Shown here: piece after piece, positions 1 through 11,175 of the stretch
Layout: every line of letters starts with the position of its first letter
Position numbering within the stretch: the first letter of the stretch is position 1
Assembly: GCF_963921235.1 (NCBI RefSeq)
Contig: NC_086108.1
Span: 66,342,001 to 66,406,000 of the forward strand
Length of the DNA: 64,000 bases
Direction: 5' to 3'
Source of the DNA: Mobula hypostoma
Taxonomy: Eukaryota
The notes under the pieces: model-generated
What the model was told of the DNA's origin: nothing
Databases searched by the model: none
Seen by the model: only the letters and a program-made list of their open reading frames with translations
Translations under genes and position numbers: made by a program

Positions 1-113
1 GCAAGAAGGTAGGTCGATGGGGCTAAGTGGGATCCGGATTGGCCATGATGGAATTGCAGAGCAGACTCGATGGGCTGAATGGCCTAATTCTGCTCTGATA
101 CTTTATGGTCTTA
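1..113 (+). mobile_element. CR1 LINE 3' end
   Basis: ...gactcgatgggctgaatggcctaattctgct...tatggtcttatg matches the CR1 3' terminus seen on other copies in this window (e.g. the reverse complement at about 714-780). Confidence 0.75.
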
Positions 114-713
114 TGACATACTTGGAGAAGCCGTGAATCTGGAACAAAGTGACAAGCCTTTGAGAACTAGTCCACACAACCATAGTGACAGTACTTCCTT
201 GGGAAGGAGGAAGGCTGGTGATAAAATCCATTGAATTATGCTACCAACATGAGTGGCAATAGGTAGAAGCTATAAAAGCCCTTGGGTAGATGTGTGGTCC
301 TAGACTCCCCCATCATAGGAAACATCCTCTCCACATCCACTCTATCTGTGCCCTCTGATCTGAGGCTCCCCCACTACAGGAAACATTGCTGGGTTCCTTA
401 TTCTGGGCGCGCACACACATCACATGCTGAAATGTAACCTTTGACATCTTTGATCATACCTGGCCACCAAACCCACTTCCTTATAAACTCCACAGTTGAT
501 GAAACTCCTGGGTAACTAACCACATTGGAGGTATGCCCCCAATTCAATACCTTAATGCGGACTACCTCAGGGATGAAGGTACGATCAGGTGGGTCATTGC
601 TGGAATTGGCCTCATGTTCTTCCTGGGCCCTCTACTCCCCATCCATACCCCATCTAGTGGGAGCCAGCACCCTTGAATAGGGAGAATGGCCTCTGAGATC
701 TCCTCCTTATTAT

Positions 714-2197
714 AAGATCATAAGATAAAGTAGAATTAGGCCATTTGGCCCATCAAGTCTGCGCCGCCATTTCATCATGACTAATCCAGCTTTCCTCTCA
801 GCCCCAATCTCTTGCCTTCTCCCCATACCCCTTCATGCCCTGAACAATCAAAAACCTATCAAACTATGCCTTAAATATACATAAAGACTTAGTCTCCACA
901 GCTGCCTGTGAAAAAGAATTTCACAGATTCACCACTCTCTCGCTAAATAAATTCCTCCTCATTTCTGTTCTAAAAGGATGCCCCTCCATTCTGAGGCTGT
1001 ATCCTCTGGTCTTAGACTCTCCCATCATAAACAACAGCCTCTTCACTATCAAAGCCTTACACCGTTCAACAGGTTTCAATGAGGTCACCCCTCATTCTTC
1101 TGAATTCCAGTGACTACAGCCCCAGAGCCATCAAACACTCTTCATTTGACATGCCATTCAATCCTGGAATCATTTTTATGAATCTCCTCGGAACTCTCTC
1201 TAGTTTCAGCACATCCTTTCTAAGATAAGGGGTCCAAAACTGCTCACAATACTCCAAGTGAGGTCTTACTAGTGCTTTATAAAGTCTGAACATTACATTC
1301 TTAGTTTTATATTCTAGTCCTCTTGAAATGAAAGCTAACATTACATTTGCCTTCATCACCAAAAGCTCAACCTGCAAATTAACCTTTAGGGAATCCTGCA
1401 CAAGGACTCCTAAGTCCCTTTGCATCTCAATTTTTTTTAATATTTTCTCTCCATTTAGAAAACAATTAACTCTTTCATTACTTCCACCAAAATGCATGAC
1501 CATACATTTCCTGACACTATATTCCATCTGCTATTTCTTTGCCCATTCTCCTAATCTGTCTAAATCCTCCTGTAGCCTCTCTACTTTCTAAAAACTACCT
1601 GCCCCTCCACCTATCTTCATATCATCTGCAAACTTAGCAACAAAGCCATCAATTTGATCATCCTTATCATTGACATATAATGTAAAAAGAATTGGTTCCA
1701 ACACAGACCCCTGTGGAACACCACTATTCACTGGCAGCCAGTCATAAGAGGCTCCCTTTATTCCCACTCTTTGTGTTCTACCAATCAGCCACTGGTTTGT
1801 CCATGCTAGATTCTTTCCTGTAATACCATGGGCTTGTAGCTTGTTAAGCAACCTCATGTGTGGTAACTTGACAAAGGCTTTCTGTAAATCCAATTACACA
1901 ACTTCAACTGATTCTCCTTTGTCTGTCCTGCTTGGTATTTCTTCAAAGAATTCCAATAGATTTCTCAGCCAAGATTGTCCCTTGTGGAAACCACTCTGGC
2001 GACGGCATATTTTCTCAAGTGCCTCGAAGTACCCTGAGACTTCATTGTTAATAATCGACTAACTGGCCCATAGTTTCCTTTCTTCAGCCTCTTTCTCTTC
2101 TTGAAGAGTGGAATGACATTTGCAATTGTCCAGTCTTCTGGAACCATTCCAGAATCTAGTTATTCTTGAAAGATCATTACTAATGCCTCTACAATCT
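714..2197 (-). mobile_element. 5'-truncated CR1 LINE (degenerate ORF2 RT)
   Basis: ORFs 1965-2147, 1588-1893 (SGVPQGSVL...KFADD) and 1114-1527 (LYKALVRPHLEYCEQFW); 3' tail near 714. Confidence 0.92.
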
Positions 2198-3026
2198 CTT
2201 AAGCCGCCTCTAGCATTTCAAATTGCCTAGAAAAAGCATCTGGTTTCTGATTTTGGGAATCAGGTGTGTATGTAGTGATAAAATTGAACCTGTTAAAGAA
2301 CAATGACCAGCTTGCCTGCCAAGAGTTCATTCTCTTGGCTTCCTGGATAGGTTCTTGTGATAAATCCAAATTAAAATGGGATGTTTGGCTCCCTCCAGCC
2401 AATGCTTTCATTCTTTAATTGCCAGCTTGATGGCAATCAACTCCCTGTTGTCAATATAGAACATAGAACACAGAAAACCTACAACACAGTAAAGGCCTTT
2501 CGGCCCACAAAGCTGTGCCAAACATTACAACTACCCAGCCTTACCCATAGCCCTATATTTTTCTAAGCTCCATGTACCTATCCAGGAGTCTCTTAAAAGA
2601 CCCTATTGTTTCCACCTCCACCACCGCTGCCAGCAGCCCATTCCATGCACTCACCACTCTCTGCGTAAAAAACTTACCCCTGACATCTCCTCTGTACCTG
2701 CTTCCAAGCAGCTTAAAACTACAGTATGCCCTCTTGTGCTAGTCATTTCAGCCCTGGAAAAAAGCCTCTGACTATCCACATGAACAATGCCTCTCATTAT
2801 CTCAACCTATTCTCATAAGGCATGCTCCCCAATCCAGGCAACATCCTTGAAAATCTCCTCTGCACCCTCTCTATGGTTCCACATCCTTCCTGTAGTGAGG
2901 CAACCAGAACTGAGCACAGTACTCCAAGTGGGGTCCGACCGGGGTCCTATATAGCTGCAACATTACCTCTCAGCTCCTAAGCTCAATCCCATGGTTGATG
3001 AAGGCCAATACACCGTATGCCTTCTT

Positions 3027-4267
3027 TTTTTTTTAAATCTTTTTATTGAGTAAGTATACAAAAAAGGTAAGCCATATAAACATTAATACAATGTTAAAGT
3101 ATAATAAAATTCCAAAAGATATCAATACCAAAAAGAAATTACTACAAACAATGTAATTTAAACATAAGAAACCAAGATAACATAATAGTATACTAAATTT
3201 TATATATATCAATGGAAAAAAAAGAAAAAAAAAACCCAAAAAAAACCCCACCGTGCAGCTAACTAAAAGCAAAGCAAAGCAATGGGCTAACTTGAAACCA
3301 AACAGAGTTAAACTTAAAATCATGTCCTCAATCCCGACCTCCATTAAAAACAGTGAAAAAAAAACAAGAAGGGTAAATATTACATTAAATGAAAATATCG
3401 AATAAAAGGTCCCCAAATCTGTTCAAATTTAAATGAAGAATCATAAAGGTTACTTCTAATTTTCTCCAAATTCAAACATAAAATCGTCTGAGAAAACCAA
3501 AAAAAGGTAGTTGGAGCATTAAGCTCTTTCCAATGTTGTAAAATACATCTTTTCGCCATTAAAGTAAGAAATGCAATCATTCTACGGGCTGAAGGGGAAA
3601 GATTACTAGAAATTTTAGGTAGTCCAAAGATAGCAGTAATAGGGTGAGGAGAGATATCTATATTTAATACCTTAGAAATAATATTGAAAATATCTCTCCA
3701 AAAAGTTTCCAAAGCAGGGCAAGACCAAAACATATGAGTTAAAGAGGCTATCTGCCCCGAACATCTATCACAGAAAGGATTAATATGCGAGTAAAAACGC
3801 GCTAACTTATCTTTGGACATATGTGCTCTATGAACCACTTTAAATTGAATTAGGGAATGTTTAGCACAAATAGAGGAAGTATTAACTAATTGTAAAATCT
3901 GCCCCCAATCATCCACAGAAATGGTAAGCCCCAATTCCTGTTCCCAATCTACCCTAATCTTATCAAATGGAACTTTCCTAAGTTTCATAATAATATTATA
4001 AATCATAGCCGATGCACCTTTCTGACATGGATTAAGGTTAATTATCGAATCTAAAATATATGTAGGAGGAAGCATTGGAAAGGAAGAAAGTATAGTACTT
4101 AGGAAATTTCTAACTTGTAAATATCTGAAAAAATGTATTCTTGATAAGTTATATTTATTAGATAATTGTTCAAAAGACATAAGGGAACCATCTAAAAATA
4201 AATCCAAAAACCGTAAAATACCCTTAGTCTTCCAAGTTTGAAAAGCGCGATCCGTAAAAGAGGGAGG
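3027..4267 (-). mobile_element. 5'-truncated L1-clade LINE with poly(A) tail and TSD
   Basis: Open ORF 3380-4288 with the C-terminal CCHC motif CDRC...HMFWSC. Poly(T) on the plus strand at about 3025-3034. Direct repeat ACCGTATGCCTTCTT at 3012-3026 and 4268-4282. Confidence 0.9.
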
Positions 4268-5009
4268 ACCGTATGCCTTCTTAACCACAGAGTCAAACTA
4301 CGCAGCAGCTTTGTGTGTCCTATGGACTCAGACGTCAAGATCCCTCTGATCCTCCACACTGCCAAGAGTCTTATGATTAATACTATATTCTGCCATCATA
4401 TTTGACCTACCAAAATGAACCACCTCACACATATCGGGTTGAATTCCATCTGCCACTTCTCAACCCAGTGTTGCATCCTATCAATATCCCGCTGTAACCT
4501 CTGACAGCCCTCCACACTACCCCTAACCTTTGTGTCATCAGCAAATTTACTAACCCATCCCTCCACTTCCTAATCCAGGTCATTTATAAAAATCATGAAG
4601 AGTAGGGGTCCCAGAACAGATCCCTGAGGCACACCACTGGTCACCGACCTCCATGCAGAATATGACCAATCTACAACCACACTTTGCCTTCTGTGGGCAA
4701 GACAGTTCTGGATTCACAAAGCAATATTCCCTTGGATCACATGCTTCCATACTTCCTCAATAACCCTTGTATTGGGTACGTTATCAAATGCCTGGCTGAA
4801 ATCCATATACACTACATCTATGGCTCTACCTTCATCAATATGTTTAGGCACATCCTTAAGAAGTTCAATCAGGCTTGTAAGGCATGACCTGCCTTTGACA
4901 AAGCCATGCTGACTATTCCTAATCATATTATGCCTCTTCAAATGTTCATAAATCCTGCCTGTCAGGATCTTTTCCATCAGCTTACCAACCACGGAACTCT
5001 GTAACACTC

Positions 5010-5614
5010 TGTAACACTTGCTTTGCCTAGTGGCATGATCACGGTGTGATAACCCCCTGCCTGGCCAAACCTTAGCACTCTCGTTTGGGTGGATGTTGTG
5101 TGTGGTGTCCCCTGTGTAAAATCAGTACCCCGAAATAACCAGCGGTACACAATGTGCAGTTAAATGATTAAGATTTTATATTTGACTACGGGGTTAGTAG
5201 AGAAACAAAATATCAAATAAAAGGGTGCCAATAATCTCATTAGGCAGTCCAGTGCACAAATCGTTGGAGCTCACAGATTTTTCTCTTCATTGATCCTCCT
5301 CCGATCATCACCGATTCCTGGGCTCCCGTCCCAAGCCCAGGGCCGAGAGGGTCTCACCACCCACTGTCTCCTCAAGCCATGTCTTTTCTCTTCATCCTCC
5401 TCGCGCCTTCTCCCCGAAGCCCGCGCAAACTAACAGCTTTCACACAGACAGAAAGGATAACATCTCTTCCATTGGTTAACACTGAATTCCAAAGCCCCAT
5501 TATCAGTTATAAAGGAAACATCCTGCTACAGAAACCCACTACCTCAGCAGTTAACATTACAGAGAATTTATTTTATAAGCCTTAGCAACTAACATGAAAG
5601 AAGAAACCCCTACA
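5010..5614 (-). repeat. 3' LTR of the myosin-carrying Gypsy element
   Basis: TG...CA ends (TGTAAC at 5010, CCTACA ending 5614); preceded on the minus strand by the purine-rich tract TTTGGTGGGGGGAGAG; duplicated at 8831-9310. Confidence 0.9.
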
Positions 5615-6081
5615 CTCTCCCCCCACCAAATTTAGTCATGTCCTCATGACATCTAAATAACTCGCCAACACTTCCTGCAGACACAAAAACCCAATCCAGG
5701 TACAAAGCAGTGACATTGCTCCACAGACAGTAGACCTTACTCCCAGTTCCCCAGGCGCTACATAGGCCAACCTATCGGGGAGTTTCCTAATCCTCTGAGA
5801 CCTCCATACCCCCTCACCTAACCCTTCAGGGTTGGACACTACTGGGGATTCCTCGGGTCTGCTTGCCGAATCCTCTCTCAATCATGCCACCCCGTCTCTC
5901 CTTCAGGGTCCTGAAGTAACCCAGGCTGCCTACAGCTAGCACCCCCCCCCCTGCCCACCTCACCTGACTCAGTGGGAGAAGGGCCAGAAGTCTCTTCATC
6001 AAACAGGGGGAAGTTAGTGAAAGGCAGCACGTACCACACCTCCATCTCATCATCTTTCGAATCCATATTCTTCCCCTTTTC

Positions 6082-6645
6082 CTCGATTTGTAGCAGCTGT
6101 TTGGTTCCCTCCACGCTGGTGCACTTGGCCTGGGCTGCTTCTGCAGCCTCCTCAGCCTTCTGTTATTGAGACAACAGCTTCTTCTTGGTCTCCTCCAACT
6201 CTCGCCACAGTCGCAGCAGTTCTGACTCACGCTTCTTGGCCATCTCAATCTGGTATGCAGTTACTCCACCAGCTTTTTCCACCTAGGCCTGATATTCCTT
6301 AATCTTCCTGTGAAAAACAGCAGTTAAATACTGTTCATCCTCCAATCTAGTGTTCACTGAACTTATCTCCAGCTTTTCCTTCTTAATGACTTCTTCCAGG
6401 TCAACTTTCAGTTTTTCCATTTCATTTAAGCTGTCGATGGTCATCCTCAGGTTCCCTTCAAGCTTCAGCTTCCCTCTTCTGAGATCTGTCTGCAATTGCT
6501 TCACCTCCTCTGAATTGTATTCAGACTTCCCTCTCTGGGCTCTCAGTTTTCTGTTGGCCTTAGTTAGACAGCTGTCTTTGTCTTCACCAACTTGCAAGCC
6601 TTCCAACTTGTTCTGGATCACTTTCTCCAGTCTCTGCTCGGAATT
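6082..6645 (-). pseudogene. Captured intronless sarcomeric myosin heavy-chain rod fragment (MYH16-like), in frame with pol
   Basis: Translation: [18 protein letters not shown]...[45 protein letters not shown]...[74 protein letters not shown]. This matches the myosin II rod motifs LQAEEDKVN.LTK, KLEGDL, EDEQ, RLEEAGGAT..QIE..KKRE.E and [39 protein letters not shown] resembles MYH16 as I recall it; the paralog call is less certain than the myosin call. Confidence 0.88.
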
Positions 6646-8807
6646 CTGTCTCTCTGTCTTCACTTCAAACTTGATCCCGTAGAGACAGTCACTCAGCTTC
6701 TCCTCCACCATTGTCCATTCCAACGCCAAGAAATTCAACTGGTGTGTTGGGTAATTTCTCCAATAATAACCACAGAATTCCACAAATGAAATCAGAACAC
6801 TCACCAATTATGACCTTCACCAGACCTGGTATGTGTCCAGAGAAAGCTTTAACTCTTTAGTTCTCAGCCGCTCCTGCAACAGCCTCACTTCATATTCTTC
6901 CGAGGCAGATCCAAATACTAGGAGATCATCCAAATACACCAAAACTCCAAACAACTCCACATCCCCTATCATCTTCCTCATGCCCCGCGGGAAAATTGCA
7001 AGGGCTCTGGATATGCCCTGGGGCATCTTTTCGGACTAGAAGAATCCCAGGGGACCTATAATGGCCGTCTTCTCCTTGCCGGCCTCACTTAGCAGGATTT
7101 GGCAACATCCACTCCTCAGATCCAGCATATTAAACCACTTTGCACCACTCAAACAGACCACTGCATCTTCAACCCTCGGGACCGCATATTGGTCGGGGAC
7201 AGTGCACCTATTCACAGTCCTAGAATCCATACACACACTGCCTACGTCTTCCACATCTGCAGGGGCCAGTCACCGTGACCCTTCTCTCACCAAGGCATCT
7301 TCAGCGGTCAACTCCCCCGTTTCTGGTATTTCGGAGCGTCCACTAAGAGGGCTTCACCCTCAGATACTCGCCCGGGCTGTACCACCATTTGCTCTCGTTT
7401 AACTTCAGTACCTGTCCCAATGCTGCCATACACATCTTCACCAGCAGCTCGAGATGCTGGGTGTACACATAATTCCCCCAAACAGCTCTCACCTGCCTTC
7501 CTCTAGCAGGCCCCCATGCGCCTCCTCACAAGCGGGGTGTGGGTCCCCTCCTGAGTCGAAACGCTGCCCGTCTCAACAGTGTCTGGACAAATCAGCACTA
7601 ACTACTCACGAATCTCAGACACCCACACCTTGGCCTCTGAGAGCTCCAGCTTCACTAACCAGTAATCGTTGTCTGGATAAACCCCAGCACTGATACTCCA
7701 AATCTCCAGTCCCCTGAATGGTGTCAAGAGTATATGCTTCAAATAACGAACTGTACAGCAACTTGACCTGCGCCCCAGTGTTGAGGATGGCCTTAGCATA
7801 GTTTCCATCTATCCGTAATGACACATGGGAGTGTGGTCCCACTAAGTCTTCAGGAATAGGGTCTTCTCCTTTCTGGAGATTCTGGTACATTCTGGGAACG
7901 TGTTCCCCCAGAGACCCCAAGCCGTTCCCCCACTGGGCTCCACTAAGTTTCCCGACACCTCTCTGATCAGCTGAACAACTGGGGGAGGGGCTGATCCCCT
8001 GAAATGATCCCCCTGGCACAGCAAGTAGTTTAGCTGCCCTCCTAGCCAGAGAAGATACACTAAAAGCTTTCCCCCAATCTCCTGACACAGGTATGGAAAG
8101 CCCCCCAGGTACTGTATGTTACTTCCAGTCGAACCAAATGCATTTTCGCACGCTTTCAGATAACTGGCAACTGACTACAGGATAATTGAACCTTACAGTT
8201 CTAACATCGTTAGCAGCCCGCCTACTCAAACTTTCAACCAATCCCTGTCGCTTTCCCTCAACCGGGCCGTGCCACTCATTTAACAACTGAGAGATCTGTT
8301 CCACCCACGTCTCACACACCTCCACTCCTTCAGGGGTGGGCATTATTCCAAAGGAAAAGCAGAGCCTGCGATAGCGGGAACATCTATTCACCAGAGAAAC
8401 AAAGGCAGACACAACCCTAGAATTCTCACTCTCCACCGGGGGACAAGAACTGATTAGACATCCCAACTCCATCCACTCTTCCCCCTCCCTCCTGACAGCC
8501 CATGGCCCCGCCTCACCTGGGGTACCAATAGACACTGGCAATCCCACCACCGTGACGTCAGTGCTAGCTCGTCCTAAAGCAAGGTTTGAGCCCACCATTT
8601 TATCAAACTTTTGCGTTACGATTTCAACTTTGCCATCAGCTTCAACCATACTCATAAATCGAATTAACAATTCATCCAAGGTATGAATATTCGCCCCACT
8701 CAACCCGCACACATTCCCACAGAGGTGCACATTACTAACCACAATCCTACAGAGACAAATCAGCACTGATTTAAACAGGGCGATCACACATCACCCCACT
8801 GAATCAA

Positions 8808-8827
8808 ATCCACGGACGAAGCCCCCA
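8808..8827 (-). promoter_or_regulatory. Primer-binding site, tRNA-Pro-like
   Basis: The minus strand reads TGGGGGCTTCGTCCGTGGAT, 3 nt inside the 5' LTR. The canonical PBS-Pro is TGGGGGCTCGTCCGGGAT, so this copy has two 1-nt insertions. Confidence 0.8.
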
Positions 8828-8830
8828 AAA

Positions 8831-9310
8831 GTAACACTCGCTTTGCCTAGTGGCATGATTGCAGGGTGATAACCCCCTGCCTGGCCAAACCTTAGCACTC
8901 TCTTTTGGGTGGATACTGTGTGTGGTGTCCCCTGTGTAAAATCAATACACCGAAATAACCAGCAGTACACAATGTGTGGTTAAATGATTAAGATTTTATA
9001 TTTGACTATGGAGTGAGTAGAGAAACAAAACATAAAATAAAAGGGCGCCAGTAATCTCATTAGGCAGTCCAGTGCACAAATTGTAGGAGCTCACGGATTT
9101 TTCTCTTCACTGATCCTCCTTTGATCATTGCCAACCTCTGGGCTCCCGTCCCGAGCCCAGGTCCCAGAGGGTCTCGCCACCCACCGTCTCCTCAAGCCAT
9201 GTCTTCTCTCTTCATCCTCCTCGCGCCTTCTCCCCGAATCCTGTGCAAACTAACAGTTTTCACACAGACAGAAAGAATAACATCTCTTCATTGGTTAACA
9301 CTGAGTTCCA
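8831..9310 (-). repeat. 5' LTR (5'-truncated) of the myosin-carrying Gypsy element
   Basis: Aligns with 5011-5490. The part matching 5491-5614 is missing and the sequence runs directly into CR1. Confidence 0.88.
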
Positions 9311-10861
9311 TTTCCCTAACATGTCCGTTCCAATCCCTCTCCAATACTATGGTAAAGGAGATAGAATTGTGGTCACTGTCTCCAAAATGCTCTCCCACTG
9401 AGAGACCTGACACCTGACCAGGTTCAGTTCCTATTACCAGATCAAGTACAGCCTCTCCTCTTATAGGCTTATACCTATTGTGTCAAGCAACCTTCCTGAA
9501 CACACCTAACAAACTCCACCCCATCTAAACCATAAATTCCTTCAAATCCTCCACCTGGTTGCTGGTCTTAAGAACTTCTTTAAGCTGGCTATTTAATCCC
9601 CATTTAAACAGAGCAACCAATGCCTTATTGTTCCACCTGCTCTCAGCTGCTCGGGTACAGAAATCAATGGAATAGCCAGCCACGGATCATGCTCCCTGAT
9701 GCAGCTGGAGGAGTCTGCTGGCTGCTTTTGAGACCTGACAGGATGATAGACTACTCTCCTTATCATTCATAGAAATAAATTTATATCAGAACACACAGGA
9801 ATGTCCTTCTCTCACAAAGCTGTTGCCCATAAAAGGGTCCTACCTGATAGGAGGGATATTATACAAGCCACCTTACTCCTGTCTGAGGAGAATTTTGTGG
9901 GTTGTAATTCAAAGAGTAGGGAGCATTGATTTAGGAACTCGTGGCAAGACTCAGGATCCCCATTGCACAGCTCTGGAGCTGACAGGTTAATTAACTCTGT
10001 GTGGTAATTCTGGGAACACGTAACAGGACACACAGGCAAATGCTCCAAACCAGAGTTGATCTCTGAGGAAAAAATCCCGCTTATTGGTCTCAGAATCCTT
10101 CCTCAATGATGCAAGTATCTCCTGGAGAAACTACTCTTGCTGTCCGACTGCCTGTCCCTGACTGGCCAATGCTGTGGAAAGCTGATCAGTCTCCATTGGG
10201 TCCATGATCAGCTGAGTCCTGTTGTAGCGATCTTCAGACAAGCTGACCCAGGTGTGGAGGAAACTCAGGACTCGATAGTAGAAATTAACGATGAAGATTT
10301 ACACAGAGAACACCACAGTGAATAACCAAACTAAGAGCTCACGTACTCAGGACTTCAGCACATAAAACAATAATTCACATAGAACTCAAATTCGGGATTG
10401 AACGATGAGCGATGGTCCAGAATAACCTTGTATAGAACATAAAACACAGGAAACCTGCGCAGTTCAAAATCAAAAACTGATCACTTAAGAATGGGAAGTA
10501 TAGGGAAACCATATTCACATAACAAGCATCACAAAAACACAGTGACAGCTTAATGATAAAAGTAGTCATTAGACAACTGTAATAAATTGCTACCCAGCCC
10601 CCCATCACTGGTTCAAAGGGTTCACAACATCTCCTCCCTTTACTGACTGTGAAGAACACAGTCACACTTTCCCCTCATACCCCCATCTGCTTATGAATCT
10701 GGCCAGGAAGGGGATGTATCTAGTTGTCAGGAGGGTTCCTGGAAACCTCCATTTAAGTGGGTTTCTCTGTAGAAATGGACTGTCTCTCCACATGTCCAAG
10801 CTCACTGAATGCTTACCATAATATTTAGGAATTCTGCGGTTTTCTTGCTCAATAAGATCTG

Positions 10862-11175
10862 GCGTGGTACTGTAGCAGTTAGTGCAACGTTTTACAGCCA
10901 CAGTGATCGAGGCTTGATTCCTGCCACTGTCTGTGAGAGGTTGGTTTGTTCTCCCTGTGACTGCATGGGTTTCCTCCAGGAGTTATGATTTCCTCCCATA
11001 TTCCAAAGACCGAGTTAGTATTAGTAAACTTTGTGCATGCTACGTTGATGCCGGAAGCATGGTGAGACCTGTGGCCTGCCCCAAGCACATCCTGGGATTC
11101 TGATGGTTGTTTGCATAATTGACACATTTCACTGTATGTTTTGATATACATTTGACAAATAATTATAATTGTTAA
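10862..11175 (+). mobile_element. V-SINE (HE1-like) tRNA-derived SINE
   Basis: V-SINE core-like sequence ...gttctccctgtgactgcatgggtttcctccagg...tttcctcccatattccaaagac, preceded by a box-B-like gcttgattcc. Confidence 0.75.

Larger units (their letters stand above)
5010..9310 (-). mobile_element. Non-autonomous Ty3/Gypsy LTR retrotransposon carrying a captured myosin rod fragment
   Basis: 3' LTR 5010-5614 and truncated 5' LTR 8831-9310 are clearly homologous. PPT 5615-5630, PBS 8808-8827. Gag-like ORF 8119-8787. Protease LVGP...AILNTGAQV (about 7750-7845). RT at 6817-7254 (PDQYAVPRVED...LDLRSG; MPQGIS...[11 protein letters not shown]). RNase H end [14 protein letters not shown]. Pol tail RSQRIRKLPDRL at 5636-5881. 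Confidence 0.93.
2456..9530 (-). mobile_element. CR1 LINE (segments 2456-3026, 4268-4996, 9311-9530) hosting an L1 and a Gypsy element
   Basis: 3' tail atagaacatagaac at 2456. ORF 4714-5007 contains SQHGFVKGRSCLTSL...VYMDFS. 9311-9530 matches the endonuclease-end region of the CR1 at about 20380-20580. Confidence 0.88.
120..10629 (-). mobile_element. Degenerate Sushi-type (chromovirus-like) Ty3/Gypsy element, split by younger insertions; protease and RT deleted
   Basis: Domains are collinear on the minus strand. LTR at 10220-10629 (TGTTG...CAACA). Gag at 9535-10206 (PELCNGDPESCHEFLNQCSLLFELQPTKFSSDRSKVACIISLLSGRTLLWATAL). RNase H end at 2199-2455 (RELIAIKLA...HWLEGA...[28 protein letters not shown]). 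Integrase Zn-finger at about 400-560 (WGHTS...PGV...WWPGMIKDVKGYISACDVCA). Integrase core at about 120-280 (SMDFITSLPPSQGST). Confidence 0.8.

Noticed and set aside
3033..3416. Hydrophobic 127-aa ORF resembling a membrane protein or env
   Set aside because: Translation of the T-rich L1 3' UTR; a compositional artefact.
6082..6645. Exons of a functional host myosin gene
   Set aside because: No introns or splice structure, two stop codons, two internal deletions, and it lies between LTRs fused to pol.
8119..8787. Domesticated PNMA-like gene
   Set aside because: It occupies the gag position right after the PBS of the Gypsy element and ends in a frameshifted region.
9812..10048. Domesticated PEG10/RTL/LDOC1-like gene
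   Set aside because: Short and disrupted, and collinear with the LTR, RNase H and integrase remnants of a decayed Sushi-type element.
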